A DNA stretch of 64,000 nucleotides from a bacterium (GCA_022828125.1 JAJEJD010000012.1:1309-65308); one strand, 5' to 3'. Positions 1 through 9,890 are shown, counted from the stretch's first letter. The notes: generated by a model from the letters alone, not told the origin. Numbers and translations are program-made.

Positions 1-1292
1 CCGCTCATCTTGACGGCCGTCACCTCCACCTCGGGGATGTAGTTCTTCGACCACCTCACGAACTCCTTGACCACCGGGTAGGGTTCTTCCACGCCCTTGG
101 TCTTGCAGACTTTCGCGTAGGCTTCCGGGCTTTCCGCCTGCATGCTGATGGATATCGCGTCCACGAGGCCGCGGAGTTCGGGCAGAATGTTCCTCTCGTG
201 CGTCTTGTTGGCGAGCCCGTTCGTGACCAGGCGGATCCGCCTGGCACCCCTGCGCTTGAGTTCGCCGGCCACCTCCTTCACCACGTCGAGCCTGAGCGTC
301 GGCTCGCCGAATCCGCTGAAGACGACTTCCTCGAAGCGCGACGGGTCGCCGACGGCGGCGAGAACCTCGCCCGCGTCCGGCTCACTTTCCAGCGCCAGTT
401 TGTGGCCCTTGTAGACGCAATCGCTCAGGAGCCCGCAGAAAAAACACGAATTCTGGCAATCGTTCGTGACGTTGAGATAGAGCTTCTCGCCGACCTGGTA
501 GGCGACGCTCCCCTCATCGTGCGCAGGCCCTACCCCGAACAGGCGGCGCACGTTCTCCGTGGTGAGGCGCGTCACCTCCTCTGACGTCATTCCGTGGAGT
601 TCCGCGAGAGTCTCCGCCACGCGCGCGACGTAGGCCGGTTCGTTTCGCTTGCCCCGGTGCGGCGGGGGAGCGAGATAGGGACTGTCCGTCTCGAGCAGAA
701 CACGCTCGATGGGAACCCGCTCGAAGATTTCCCGGAGTTCTTCCGAGCGCGAGAACGTGATGGCTCCGCCCGCGCCCAGATGAAAATCGATGCCCAGGAA
801 CTTAGCCGCCTGCTCGTCATCGCCCGTGAAGCAGTGGATGACGCCGCCCGCGCGCCACGCCTTTTCTTCCTCCAGAATCTCGTAGATGTCATCCGCAGAG
901 TCGCGGCAATGGACGATGATGGGCTTGCCCGCATCGACGGCCACTCTGATTTGCTCCCGGAACCACCTGCGCTGGCTCTTGCGCGGGGCGCCCTCCCGGT
1001 AGTAGTCCAGACCTATCTCGCCGACGGCCACCACCTTGGGCTCCGACGTGAGTCTGGCGATATCCTTGATGGTCCGCTCGTTCACGCCGTTCACGTCGCT
1101 CGGATGCACGCCGACCGCCGCGTAGACGCCCGCGTAGGACGCCGCGAGGTCCACCGTCTGGCGGCTCGACTCCAGGCAGGTGCCCATCGAGATGATGTAG
1201 TGCACCCCCTCCTCGATGGCGCGCTCCACCACTCCCTGCCGGTCCGGCTCGAACGCCTTGTCAATGAGATGGGCGTGGGTGTCGACCAGCAC
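1..1292 (-). CDS. tatD: TatD-family metal-dependent hydrolase fused in frame to a TatD-associated radical SAM domain (CxxxCxxC). The C-terminus runs off the window start.
   Basis: Minus-strand translation gives MLVDTHAHL...SPYLAPPPHRGKRNEPAYVARVAETLAELHGMTSEEVTRLTTENVRRLFG, a TatD fold. It continues without a stop into ...YLNVTNDCQNSCFFCGL...GFGEPTL..., radical SAM CxxxCxxC motif plus GxGEP motif. The GTG start at 1292 is chosen because it gives the typical MLVDTHAHL N-terminus. The frame stays open upstream to ~1680. Confidence 0.6.
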   Translation of the reverse strand, partial: MLVDTHAHLIDKAFEPDRQGVVERAIEEGVHYIISMGTCLESSRQTVDLAASYAGVYAAVGVHPSDVNGVNERTIKDIARLTSEPKVVAVGEIGLDYYREGAPRKSQRRWFREQIRVAVDAGKPIIVHCRDSADDIYEILEEEKAWRAGGVIHCFTGDDEQAAKFLGIDFHLGAGGAITFSRSEELREIFERVPIERVLLETDSPYLAPPPHRGKRNEPAYVARVAETLAELHGMTSEEVTRLTTENVRRLFGVGPAHDEGSVAYQVGEKLYLNVTNDCQNSCFFCGLLSDCVYKGHKLALESEPDAGEVLAAVGDPSRFEEVVFSGFGEPTLRLDVVKEVAGELKRRGARRIRLVTNGLANKTHERNILPELRGLVDAISISMQAESPEAYAKVCKTKGVEEPYPVVKEFVRWSKNYIPEVEVTAVKMS

Positions 1293-1681
1293 GGGCAGCC
1301 CGTTCGTATCCGGCAGATCGGCGATGATAACCTGCGGTTTGGGCCTTTGCCTCCGCTCCCCGCGCGAGCGGTTCCTGCCCTTGCGCCCGCCTCGCCTGCG
1401 CCGGGAGTCGGGGTCACGCGGGCCGCCGTTTTCAGAGCGCGCAACCGCCCTCTCTCCGTTCGGCGCGTGTGCGGCGGGTTCGGTCGACCCGGATGTATTC
1501 TGCCGTTCTTTGTGTTCCTGGCGTTTTCCGCCCCTGCGGCCTCGCCTGCGTCTGCGGCGATGGGGGCGTCCCTTTCTTTCGGAGTCTGGAAATGACTCCC
1601 TATCGCCTGATGAGTCCGTTCCGGACTCGTATGATTCATTCACTCCACAAACTCCAATCTCCCGTGCGGGGCGTCTTGTCC

Positions 1682-3631
1682 CTACCGGATCGGCGCGCCC
1701 GGCGTTACCGTCTCGTCCACGCCGAGAAGCACGAGATTCTTCCCGTCCTCGGCGGCGAGAACCATGCCCTGGGATTCCACGCCCATGAGCCTGGCGGGTT
1801 CGAGGTTGGCCACCAGTATCACCTTACGATCCACCAAATCCTCGGGCGCGTAGTGTTTCGCAATGCCCGCCACGACGGTCCGGGTTTCCTCTCCCAGGGA
1901 AACGGTCAGCTTGAGCAGGTTCTTCGATTTGGGGATGCGCTCGGCCTCCAGAACCTGCGCGGCGCGCAAATCCATCTTTTGAAATTCCTCGAAAGATATC
2001 TGTTCTGCCGCATCCTCTTCGGGCGCGGACTCCTCGCTGCCCGCGATGCGCCGGGCCACCTTCTCCTGAATGGCTTCTTTCGCTTCATCCTCGATGCGCG
2101 GGAAAAGGGGAGCGCCGATGTTGGTGACCAACTCATCCGGCAGCCCGCGCATATCCATCAATTCCGCATAGGGCGCACTCGCCCAGTCTTCGGCCAGGCC
2201 GATCTGTGACGCTATCTTCTCTGCCGAGGCAGGCATGACGGGCGATATCATGGCCGCGACGACGCGAATCGACGCCATGGCGTGCCAGAGCACCGAGCAC
2301 AGGCGGGCCTCCTCACCCTCTTTCGCCAGCGTCCAGGGGGCGTTCGCGTCGATATATTTATTCGCGCAGGAAATCACTTCCCAGGCGGCTCTCAGGCCAT
2401 GCTGAAAGTGCGTGGCCGCCATGCCGTCCTCGTATTTCGCGGCCGCATCGGCGACGAATTCGCAGAACGCGCGCTCCGCCTCGGTTTCGCCCGCCGGGGA
2501 GCACTCCAGCCGACCCTCTCTGTAGCGCTTCACCATGTTCAGGGTGCGGTAGAGCAGGTTGCCCAGATCGTTCGCCAGATCGCTGTTGATGCGGTCGATC
2601 AGCGCGCTGTGGGAGAAATCCCCATCCAGCCCGAAGGGAATCTCCTTGAGCAGGAAATAGCGGATAGCGTCGACGCCGTATTCCTCGATCAGCCAGTGCG
2701 GGTCGACCGCGTTGCCCAGGCTCTTGGACATCTTCTGGCCCTCGACCGTCCACCACCCGTGGCTGAAAACCTGCCCGGGCAGGGGGACGCCTGCGGAGAG
2801 CAGAAAGGCGGGCCAGTAGACCGCGTGGAACCTCAGGATGTCCTTGCCGATGAAGTGCTGGTCCGTCGGCCAGGCGCTTCCATCATGCACTCCGCTCTCA
2901 TCGAAGCCCGGAGCGGTCAGGTAGTTGCTGAGCGCGTCGAACCACACGTAGATGACGTGTTTCTCGTCCCCCGGCACGGGGATGCCCCACTGAAAGCTCG
3001 TGCGCGAGAGCGACAGGTCCTTGAGGCCGCCGCGCACGAAGCTCATCACCTCGTTCCTTCGGCTCTCGGGCTGAACGAACTGGGGGTTTTTCTCGTAATG
3101 CTCCAGAAGCGGCTCGGCGTACTTGCTCAGGCGGAAGAAATAACTCGGCTCCTCTACCCATTCAACCTCAGCACCCGTGGGCGCGAGTTTCACGCCGTCG
3201 GGGCCTTCGGTGAGTTCGCTCTCGGTGTAGAACGCCTCGTCACGGACGGCGTACCAGCCCGCGTAGGCGCCCAGGTAGATGTCGCCCGCGGCCTCCACGC
3301 GCCGCCAGAGTTCCTGCACGCCGCGAATGTGGCGCTCCTCGGTCGTGCGGATGTAATCGTCATAGGAGATGTCGAGCTTCTCCCAGAGCTCGCGGAACTT
3401 CGCGCTGTTCATGTCGCAGAACGCGAGGGGGTCCATGCCGGCCTCGCGGGCCGCGCGCTCGAGCTTCTGGCCGTGCTCGTCGGTTCCGGTGAGAAACTGC
3501 GTCGGCTCGCCCCTGAGCCTGTGGAAGCGCGCCTTGGCGTCGCACGCCACCGTCGTGTAGGCGTGGCCGAGGTGCGGCTTGTCGTTGACGTAATATATGG
3601 GCGTTGAGACGTAAAACGGTTTTTTGCTCAT
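1682..3631 (-). CDS. metG: Methionine--tRNA ligase with a C-terminal tRNA-binding domain
   Basis: 649 aa ORF. N-terminus MSKKPFYVSTPIYYVNDKPHLGHAYTT (class I HIGH motif). KMSKS motif present (GQKMSKSLGN). C-terminal EMAP/tRNA-binding-like domain. Confidence 0.92.
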   Translation of the reverse strand: MSKKPFYVSTPIYYVNDKPHLGHAYTTVACDAKARFHRLRGEPTQFLTGTDEHGQKLERAAREAGMDPLAFCDMNSAKFRELWEKLDISYDDYIRTTEERHIRGVQELWRRVEAAGDIYLGAYAGWYAVRDEAFYTESELTEGPDGVKLAPTGAEVEWVEEPSYFFRLSKYAEPLLEHYEKNPQFVQPESRRNEVMSFVRGGLKDLSLSRTSFQWGIPVPGDEKHVIYVWFDALSNYLTAPGFDESGVHDGSAWPTDQHFIGKDILRFHAVYWPAFLLSAGVPLPGQVFSHGWWTVEGQKMSKSLGNAVDPHWLIEEYGVDAIRYFLLKEIPFGLDGDFSHSALIDRINSDLANDLGNLLYRTLNMVKRYREGRLECSPAGETEAERAFCEFVADAAAKYEDGMAATHFQHGLRAAWEVISCANKYIDANAPWTLAKEGEEARLCSVLWHAMASIRVVAAMISPVMPASAEKIASQIGLAEDWASAPYAELMDMRGLPDELVTNIGAPLFPRIEDEAKEAIQEKVARRIAGSEESAPEEDAAEQISFEEFQKMDLRAAQVLEAERIPKSKNLLKLTVSLGEETRTVVAGIAKHYAPEDLVDRKVILVANLEPARLMGVESQGMVLAAEDGKNLVLLGVDETVTPGAPIR

Positions 3632-4566
3632 CGTTTCGGGCCGTTTTCCTTGGGCAAGACGTCTAGGGACACATCGTTCTGGACGCCGGTTTTAAGAGAA
3701 AACTGGCCTGTGGGCAAGCGCATCAAGTCCTCCGCGCGGACCGTCATGAAGTCTCCCGTCTCGAGAGCGAGGGTTACCTCTTCCTTGAGCAGGTCCTGGC
3801 GCACGACGGTCGCGCCGCAGTCGCAGCCGCCGACTTTCTTCTTGCACGCGGGCAATTTCTTCTTCACCGACACGTAGTGGGAATGCTCGAAGCGGAGGCA
3901 GCACTTGAGCCGCCCGCAGCCGCCGGAGAGCTTGACGGGGTTTAAGCTCAGGTTCTGATCCTTCGCCATGCGGACGGAAATGGGGTCGAACGATTTGAGG
4001 AAGGAGCTGCAGCAGTAGGTGCGTCCGCAATCCCCGCAGCCACCCTTCATGCCCGCCTCATCACGCACGCCGATCTGGCGCATCTCTACGCGAACCGAGA
4101 GGCGCTCGGCGAGCACCCGCACCAATTTGCGGAAATCCACGCGGCCGTCGGAGGAGAAATAAAACGTCGCCTTCTTGTTCGAGTGAATGTAGCGAACCTC
4201 GATGAGGCGCATGGGCAGTTTGAGTTCGGATATCTTCATGCGGCAAAAATCATAGGCGCTCTGCTCGTTCGCCTCGTTTCGGGCCACCTTTTTATCGTCG
4301 TCCTCGGTGGCTATCCGCAATACTTGGGGAAGCGGTTCGGGATAATAGCGAGAATCCATGACCCGGGGGTTTTCGGATATCTCGCCGAACTCCGTATCCC
4401 CGTCCTTGCTCTTGACCATGACCTTCGTGCCGACCCGAAGCCTGAGATCCCCATAGGTGTGATGAACCGGTTTCGCGCCGAAGCGCGTCTTGACCCCGAC
4501 CACGCCGATCTTGCGCGGCTCGGGCGGCGCCTCGATGGCTGCGCCGCCATTGGTTGTTTCACTCAT
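3628..4566 (-). CDS. PSP1 C-terminal domain protein (RicT/YaaT-like)
   Basis: 312 aa. Conserved Cys clusters GGCGDCGRTYCCSSFL and GGCGRLKCCLRFE typical of PSP1/YaaT. Sits between holB and metG as in Bacillus. 4-bp overlap with the metG start. Confidence 0.75.
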   Translation of the reverse strand: MSETTNGGAAIEAPPEPRKIGVVGVKTRFGAKPVHHTYGDLRLRVGTKVMVKSKDGDTEFGEISENPRVMDSRYYPEPLPQVLRIATEDDDKKVARNEANEQSAYDFCRMKISELKLPMRLIEVRYIHSNKKATFYFSSDGRVDFRKLVRVLAERLSVRVEMRQIGVRDEAGMKGGCGDCGRTYCCSSFLKSFDPISVRMAKDQNLSLNPVKLSGGCGRLKCCLRFEHSHYVSVKKKLPACKKKVGGCDCGATVVRQDLLKEEVTLALETGDFMTVRAEDLMRLPTGQFSLKTGVQNDVSLDVLPKENGPKR

Positions 4567-4575
4567 TCGTTCACC

Positions 4576-5598
4576 TCAAACCCCGGCGGGAACCGTCTCC
4601 CGCAGGGAATATACCAAAGTCTCGAGCGTCAGGGACGGGTTGGTATTCCCGCCGTCCACGTCGCGCATGGCCTCTCCCACCCTCTCGAGGGCACGGGTTA
4701 AGCCTGCGCTCCCCCAGCGCTCTCCCATGGCGGCCAACGCCGCCCGAATGTCCGTGTGCCACAAATCTATCGCCTCGGGCGCTTCCCGGGTGATGAGTAT
4801 ATCGCGAAGCAGTCCGCGAAGCATTTCCAAAAAGAGAATTGTTTCATTTCTGCCGGAAGCCCCGCTGCCCGCCCGCTCCGTCGCGAGCGTGATGAGGGCC
4901 ACCTCGTCCGCCCGGCCCGCCGGCGCGCTCAACTCCTCCAAAAAACGCATCGCCTCCTCCCTGCGCTCGGAGAGGACCTCAACGTCGGAAGTCATGGCGA
5001 CGCCCAGCCTCCCCATGCCGAGGGAGACGAGTTTGTCCACGTCGGCGTCGTCACCGAGTCGCTCCTCCAAAATAGCGGTCAGGTCCGCTCGCGCCAGAGC
5101 CTGGAACCTGAGTCTCCTGCAACGCGAGACGATCGTCGGCAGCAGGGTGTGGAGGTTCGGTGTCACCAGTATCAATATCGTGCCTGCGCCAGGCTCTTCC
5201 AGCGTCTTGAGCAGGACATTCTGGCTCACCCGCGTCAGCAGATGGGCGTCATCGACGATGAAGACCTGGCGCATCCCCTCGTTGGGACGCTGATGGGCGC
5301 GCCGGATCACCTCCTCCCTGATCTCCTCCGCCTTGATGGAGCGAGCCCCAGCGGCGGGGCCGATGGAGACGACGTCGGGGTGTACGTTCGCGCTCACTTT
5401 CTCGCACGCCGCACAGCCTCCGCACGGCGGCGCATCGCCCACGCATTGCAAGGCCTGGGCGAACAGGCGCGCCGCGCTCGCCTTGCCGACCCCGTCGGGG
5501 CCATAAAACAGATAAGCGCCCGCCACCTGGCCGGAGGATAAGTCCCTGCGCAGCAGGTCTAGGGCCGCGTCCTGGCCGCGGATGGATTCCCAGCCCAT
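4576..5598 (-). CDS. holB: DNA polymerase III delta-prime subunit
   Basis: 340 aa. AAA+ Walker A-like GPDGVGKAS. Zinc module CGGCAACEK. SRC motif IVSRCRRLRF. Position next to tmk. Confidence 0.85.
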   Translation of the reverse strand: MGWESIRGQDAALDLLRRDLSSGQVAGAYLFYGPDGVGKASAARLFAQALQCVGDAPPCGGCAACEKVSANVHPDVVSIGPAAGARSIKAEEIREEVIRRAHQRPNEGMRQVFIVDDAHLLTRVSQNVLLKTLEEPGAGTILILVTPNLHTLLPTIVSRCRRLRFQALARADLTAILEERLGDDADVDKLVSLGMGRLGVAMTSDVEVLSERREEAMRFLEELSAPAGRADEVALITLATERAGSGASGRNETILFLEMLRGLLRDILITREAPEAIDLWHTDIRAALAAMGERWGSAGLTRALERVGEAMRDVDGGNTNPSLTLETLVYSLRETVPAGV

Positions 5599-6242
5599 TC
5601 GAATCTTTCCTTTACGATGTTCACCACCTCTTCGTGCACCTGCTCAATCGCGCCCTCGCCCGGCATGCGGAACCGCCCGGGCTCGCGCTTCGCCAGCGCC
5701 TTGAAGCCCGCCTGCACCCTGCGGTGAAACGCCAGACTCTCGCCTTCGAGCCTATCACCCGCGCTATCGCCGCGCGCGCGGTCGAGGCCTTCCTCTATCG
5801 CTACGGAGAACAACAGCGTGAGGTCGGGGACAATCCCTCCGCTCGCCATGCGGTTCAACTCCAGCACCATCTCCTCGTCCAGCCCCCGTCCGAATGCCTG
5901 GTACGCCGTCGTGGAATCGAAGAACCGGTCGCAAAGAACATGGACGCCCGCTTCCAGGGCCGGCCGAATCACCTCGCTCACGTGCTGTGCTCTCGCCGCC
6001 TCGTAGAGCAGGAGTTCCGTGGCGGCATCCAGGCCCTCATCGCGTGGAGCGAGCAATAACTCGCGAATCCCCTCGCCGACCTTCGTACCGCCGGGCTCGC
6101 GCGTAGCGAGAACCGGGAGGTCCGCTTCTTCCATCCACGCCCGCAGACGCGCCATCTGGGTCGACTTGCCGCAACCCTCCACACCCTCGAACGTGATGAA
6201 ACGACCCCGCATGGGCAAACTCCCGGAAAATTCTCGCGCCAC
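5559..6242 (-). CDS. tmk: Thymidylate kinase
   Basis: 227 aa. P-loop FEGVEGCGKST. DRF motif (CDRFFDST). 40-bp overlap with holB. Confidence 0.9.
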   Translation of the reverse strand: MAREFSGSLPMRGRFITFEGVEGCGKSTQMARLRAWMEEADLPVLATREPGGTKVGEGIRELLLAPRDEGLDAATELLLYEAARAQHVSEVIRPALEAGVHVLCDRFFDSTTAYQAFGRGLDEEMVLELNRMASGGIVPDLTLLFSVAIEEGLDRARGDSAGDRLEGESLAFHRRVQAGFKALAKREPGRFRMPGEGAIEQVHEEVVNIVKERFEWAGNPSAARTRP

Positions 6243-6285
6243 ACCTTACCACAACCCGCTCATGGAGCGGGCGGCATGCGTGCGA

Positions 6286-7665
6286 TCAACTCCCGTCCAG
6301 CTTCCGGTAAATGGTGCGCGTGGCGATTCCCAGGAGGCGTGCGGCGGCGCTCTTGTCGCCGCCCGTATGCCGGAGCGTCTCCAGAATGACCCGCCGCTCG
6401 ACTTCCGCGAGCGGGGTGCCGACCTCGAGATTGATGAGCGGCGAGTCCGACGCCACGGACTGCTCTCCGTTCGTGGGCTCGCCCCGGGCGATTTGCGCAG
6501 GCAAATCATCCACCGAGAGAATCTCTCCGCGGCTCAGCACCACGGCGCGTTCCACCATGTTTTCGAGTTCACGCACGTTTCCCGGCCAGTGGTAGTTCGA
6601 CATCGCATCGAGCGCCTCGCGCGAAAACGCGAGAACGGGCCGGTTGTTCTTCGCGGCGAAGCGCTGGAGGAAATGCTCGGCGAGCAGCGGAATATCGCTG
6701 CGCCTGTCCCTTAGGGCCGGCATGTGGATGGTGATCACGTTCAGGCGATAGTAGAGGTCCTCGCGAAACCTCTTATCGGCCACGGCGGTTTCCAGGTCCG
6801 CGTTGGTGGAGGCCACGATACGCGCGTCCACCTTCAAAGTCTCCGTTCCGCCGACGCGCTCGAATTCGCCCTCCTGTAAAACCCGGAGAATCTTCGGCTG
6901 CAAAACGAGGGGCATATCCCCGATTTCGTCGAGAAACAGCGTGCCCTCGTGCGCTATTTTGAAACGACCCTCCTTCCGGCCCACCGCGCCCGTGAACGCC
7001 CCGCGCTCGTAGCCGAACAGTTCACTCTCGAGGAGCGTCTCGGGAAGCGCCGCGCAGTTCACCTTCACCATCGCCTTGCCCGCCCTCTCGCTTCCCTCGT
7101 GCAGGGCGTTCGCTACCAGTTCCTTGCCCGTTCCGCTTTCGCCCAGAATAAGCACTGTTGCGGAGGTGGGCGCGACCTGGCGAACCATGTCCTTCACCCG
7201 GCGAATCGAGGAGTGGTCCCCCATCATGCCCGAAGTGTCTCTCAGGCTCTGGAGTTGCGCCCGCAAATCCGCGTTCTCGCGCAGGAGGGCCTGTTTTTCG
7301 AGCGCCTTGTCTATCGCCTTGAGGACAACCACGCGCTCCAGGGGCTTTGTGAGGAAATCATACGCCCCCTCACGCATCGCCTCGACGGCCGACTCGATGC
7401 TCCCGGCGCCGGAGATCAGGATCACTTCCGTATCCGGGCTGAGACGCTTCACCTCCTTGAGCAGACCGATGCCGTCCATCCCGGGCATTCTGAGATCGGT
7501 GATCACCAGATTTGCGGGCTCTGCGCCGAACATTTCTGCGGCAGTTTCCGCGTCGTGCGCCATCGCGACGTCAAGCCCCTCTTTGGCGATCATCTTCTGG
7601 AGGGCCTCGCGGCTGCCGCGCTTGTCGTCCACCACCAGCACGCGCGCCCCGGCATGATCGCTCAT
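6286..7665 (-). CDS. Sigma-54-dependent response regulator (NtrC family: receiver, AAA+ and Fis-type HTH domains)
   Basis: 459 aa. Receiver domain (VLVVDD...ITDLRMPGMDG). Sigma54 activator motifs GESGTGKE and GAFTGA. ESELFGYE. C-terminal HTH. Confidence 0.88.
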   Translation of the reverse strand: MSDHAGARVLVVDDKRGSREALQKMIAKEGLDVAMAHDAETAAEMFGAEPANLVITDLRMPGMDGIGLLKEVKRLSPDTEVILISGAGSIESAVEAMREGAYDFLTKPLERVVVLKAIDKALEKQALLRENADLRAQLQSLRDTSGMMGDHSSIRRVKDMVRQVAPTSATVLILGESGTGKELVANALHEGSERAGKAMVKVNCAALPETLLESELFGYERGAFTGAVGRKEGRFKIAHEGTLFLDEIGDMPLVLQPKILRVLQEGEFERVGGTETLKVDARIVASTNADLETAVADKRFREDLYYRLNVITIHMPALRDRRSDIPLLAEHFLQRFAAKNNRPVLAFSREALDAMSNYHWPGNVRELENMVERAVVLSRGEILSVDDLPAQIARGEPTNGEQSVASDSPLINLEVGTPLAEVERRVILETLRHTGGDKSAAARLLGIATRTIYRKLDGS

Positions 7666-9890
7666 GCTTTCGCCTCCTGCGCAACCGGGAGCGGGAGTTC
7701 GACGATGAACGTGGCGCCCGCGCCCTCCCTGCTCTCGAAGTGAATGCCGCCGTCGTGCTCGGTGATGATTTGCCGGCTCAACACGAGGCCGAGGCCGGTT
7801 CCGTTCGCCTTCGTCGTGAAAAACGGCGTGAACAAGGAGGCCTGCTCCTCAAGGCTGATGCCCTTGCCGCTGTCCGATATACGGATGGCGAGGTGCTGAT
7901 TCTCCAGTTCGGTTTTCACCAGGAGGCGACCGCCGTCGGGCATTGCGTCGAAACCGTTGGTGATGAGATTCTGAATCGCGACGCGCATTTGCGTTTCATC
8001 CAGGACAACCTCGGGGATATCCCTTTCGAGTTCCTTTTCGATTCGGATTTTCCTGCTCGCCGCCACATCCGCGTGCAGGTCCAGCAAATCCACGAGCATC
8101 TCGTTGCAGTCGATAGGCGTCTTCTCCAGACTGGGCATCCGCACGAATTTGAGATAATCGGCCGTCACCTGGGTGAGGATATCCACCTCCGCCCTCACGG
8201 ATTTGAGCAACGTCCATGCCTCGGCGGTGTCCGACTCCTTGAATTGGGCCAATTCATCGCCGAGCAATTCCGAGTTCAGGTTGATGGCCGAGAGGGGATT
8301 ACGTATGGAATGCGCCACCTGATCGCTCATCTTCCCGACGATCGAGAGCCTGTCGCGCTGGAGAACCTCTTTTTCGAGCGCCTTGCGCTCCGTAACGTCC
8401 TTCAAATACAAAATCACCTGGAGGGTCGCTCCCGAGGCGTCGAGAATCGGATAGGTGTAGTATTCCATATCCATCAGACGCCCATCTTCCCACGAAATCG
8501 ACTTTTCGAAAAAACCCGGCTCGCCGGTCGCGAACGTGTCGACCACGATGGAGCGTTCGACGAATGACTCCGGCACCGGGGTGAGCGGCGATATCTCCCA
8601 TTTCTGATCCAGCAAATCGGACGGTTCGCGCCCGAAGAGCCTGCCCATCGAACGATTGAGCATCCGTATGCGGAAATCCTTGTCCAGAATGCCGATGGCG
8701 TCCGTGATGCCGTCGAACAGCGCCTGAAGCCTTCTGTTGCTCTCCAGCACCTGTTCGGACCAGTGGATTCTATCCTCGGCCCTTATGCGTTTGCGCTCGC
8801 GATCGAGAATCAAAAGAGCCGCCAGAACCAGGGCGATGAACCCGAAACCCGTTAACAGCCAACCTTTTCGGAAAAGCCGTCCAATTAACCCGACGAACTC
8901 GGTGGACGGCGCGGTGAGGGCGAAAGTCCACTTCTCTTTCCCAACGGGAAAGTTGCTGAAAGCCGTCAGGTAACGCATACGTTTTTCTTTTTCCCCGGGT
9001 CTCAAGTCGAGGTGCCAGTCGAAACCATTCACTTCTTTCTTCATGCGCCCGGCGAGTTTTTCCAGTCTCTCATCCCGCAACTCGCGCGCGAGGGTGGACA
9101 ATTGAACCCCTTCCAGCCCGGGGATGCCCGGAGGAAGGATGATTCTGCTCTCACCGTCCACGAGCCACGCCCGCTCTCGACCTCCCGATTGGACGGGCTC
9201 GACGAAGGCGCGCGCCAGATCCGTCATGGAAATTTGCGCGTAGAGCCAGTCGCGCTTTCGCTGCGCCTCCTCCCCCTCGGTCTCAACCCCTCTGGGCGCC
9301 ACGGGCACCGCCGCGAACAAAGAGGAGACCCTTCGAGCCTCGTCGCGAATCACGAGAAGACAGGCGCCCTGCGTCCAGGAGCAGTTCGCCAGTTTTTCGA
9401 GGTATTCCTTGGGAATCGTGGCGATCTGCTGACCCGCTCCCTGCAAGTAGCCCAGTTCGCTCACGCGAAACCTTCCGCCCAGTCTTTCATACAGCCCCAT
9501 CATCACTGCCATTCGTCCGGGATGATCAGGCTCGATGGTGCGAAGAAACCCCGCGCTGTAGCGCAAAGACGCCGTGAGCGCCTCCAGGAACGAGGCGATC
9601 CGGTCGCCGGCCTGCTCCACGAGAAGAAGCTGGCGGCGGTTGGACCTCTCCTCGGCCTCGGCCTTGGTGTCCACGTAGAGACGATAGGAGAGAAAACTCA
9701 ATATCACCATCAAGATGAACGCCGCGCCTATCGTGCAGTACTGGAACTTCCGGTTCGCCCGGCGTGAACGGGCGATGCGCGAACGCGCCGAATCCCCGGT
9801 TTCATGGATCGTATCGTCTCGCGGCGGCGTCCGCCGCCCGAACCATCGCCTCCATATGACTCGAAAGGCTCTCGTCAACGCGTTCGGCAT
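7662..9890 (-). CDS. Sensor histidine kinase (membrane, PAS-containing) paired with the NtrC-type regulator
   Basis: 742 aa. Two hydrophobic segments. PAS-like region. H-box (MSDQVAHSIRNPLSAI). HATPase_c G-boxes (NLITNGFDAM, GTGLGL). 4-bp overlap with the downstream response regulator. Confidence 0.78.
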   Translation of the reverse strand: MPNALTRAFRVIWRRWFGRRTPPRDDTIHETGDSARSRIARSRRANRKFQYCTIGAAFILMVILSFLSYRLYVDTKAEAEERSNRRQLLLVEQAGDRIASFLEALTASLRYSAGFLRTIEPDHPGRMAVMMGLYERLGGRFRVSELGYLQGAGQQIATIPKEYLEKLANCSWTQGACLLVIRDEARRVSSLFAAVPVAPRGVETEGEEAQRKRDWLYAQISMTDLARAFVEPVQSGGRERAWLVDGESRIILPPGIPGLEGVQLSTLARELRDERLEKLAGRMKKEVNGFDWHLDLRPGEKEKRMRYLTAFSNFPVGKEKWTFALTAPSTEFVGLIGRLFRKGWLLTGFGFIALVLAALLILDRERKRIRAEDRIHWSEQVLESNRRLQALFDGITDAIGILDKDFRIRMLNRSMGRLFGREPSDLLDQKWEISPLTPVPESFVERSIVVDTFATGEPGFFEKSISWEDGRLMDMEYYTYPILDASGATLQVILYLKDVTERKALEKEVLQRDRLSIVGKMSDQVAHSIRNPLSAINLNSELLGDELAQFKESDTAEAWTLLKSVRAEVDILTQVTADYLKFVRMPSLEKTPIDCNEMLVDLLDLHADVAASRKIRIEKELERDIPEVVLDETQMRVAIQNLITNGFDAMPDGGRLLVKTELENQHLAIRISDSGKGISLEEQASLFTPFFTTKANGTGLGLVLSRQIITEHDGGIHFESREGAGATFIVELPLPVAQEAKA

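Noticed and set aside
594-1595. 333-aa plus-strand ORF, and the 182-aa and 190-aa ORFs nearby
   Set aside because: They lie antisense to or out of frame with the TatD-rSAM gene. Their translations are Arg/Ala/Pro-rich with no motifs, typical shadow ORFs of high-GC DNA.
2282-3607. 441-aa plus-strand ORF
   Set aside because: Fully antisense to metG, whose identity is unambiguous. Low-complexity Arg/Ala/Gly composition.
6949-8567. 264-aa and 351-aa plus-strand ORFs
   Set aside because: Antisense to the NtrC-type regulator and the histidine kinase. No recognisable domains.
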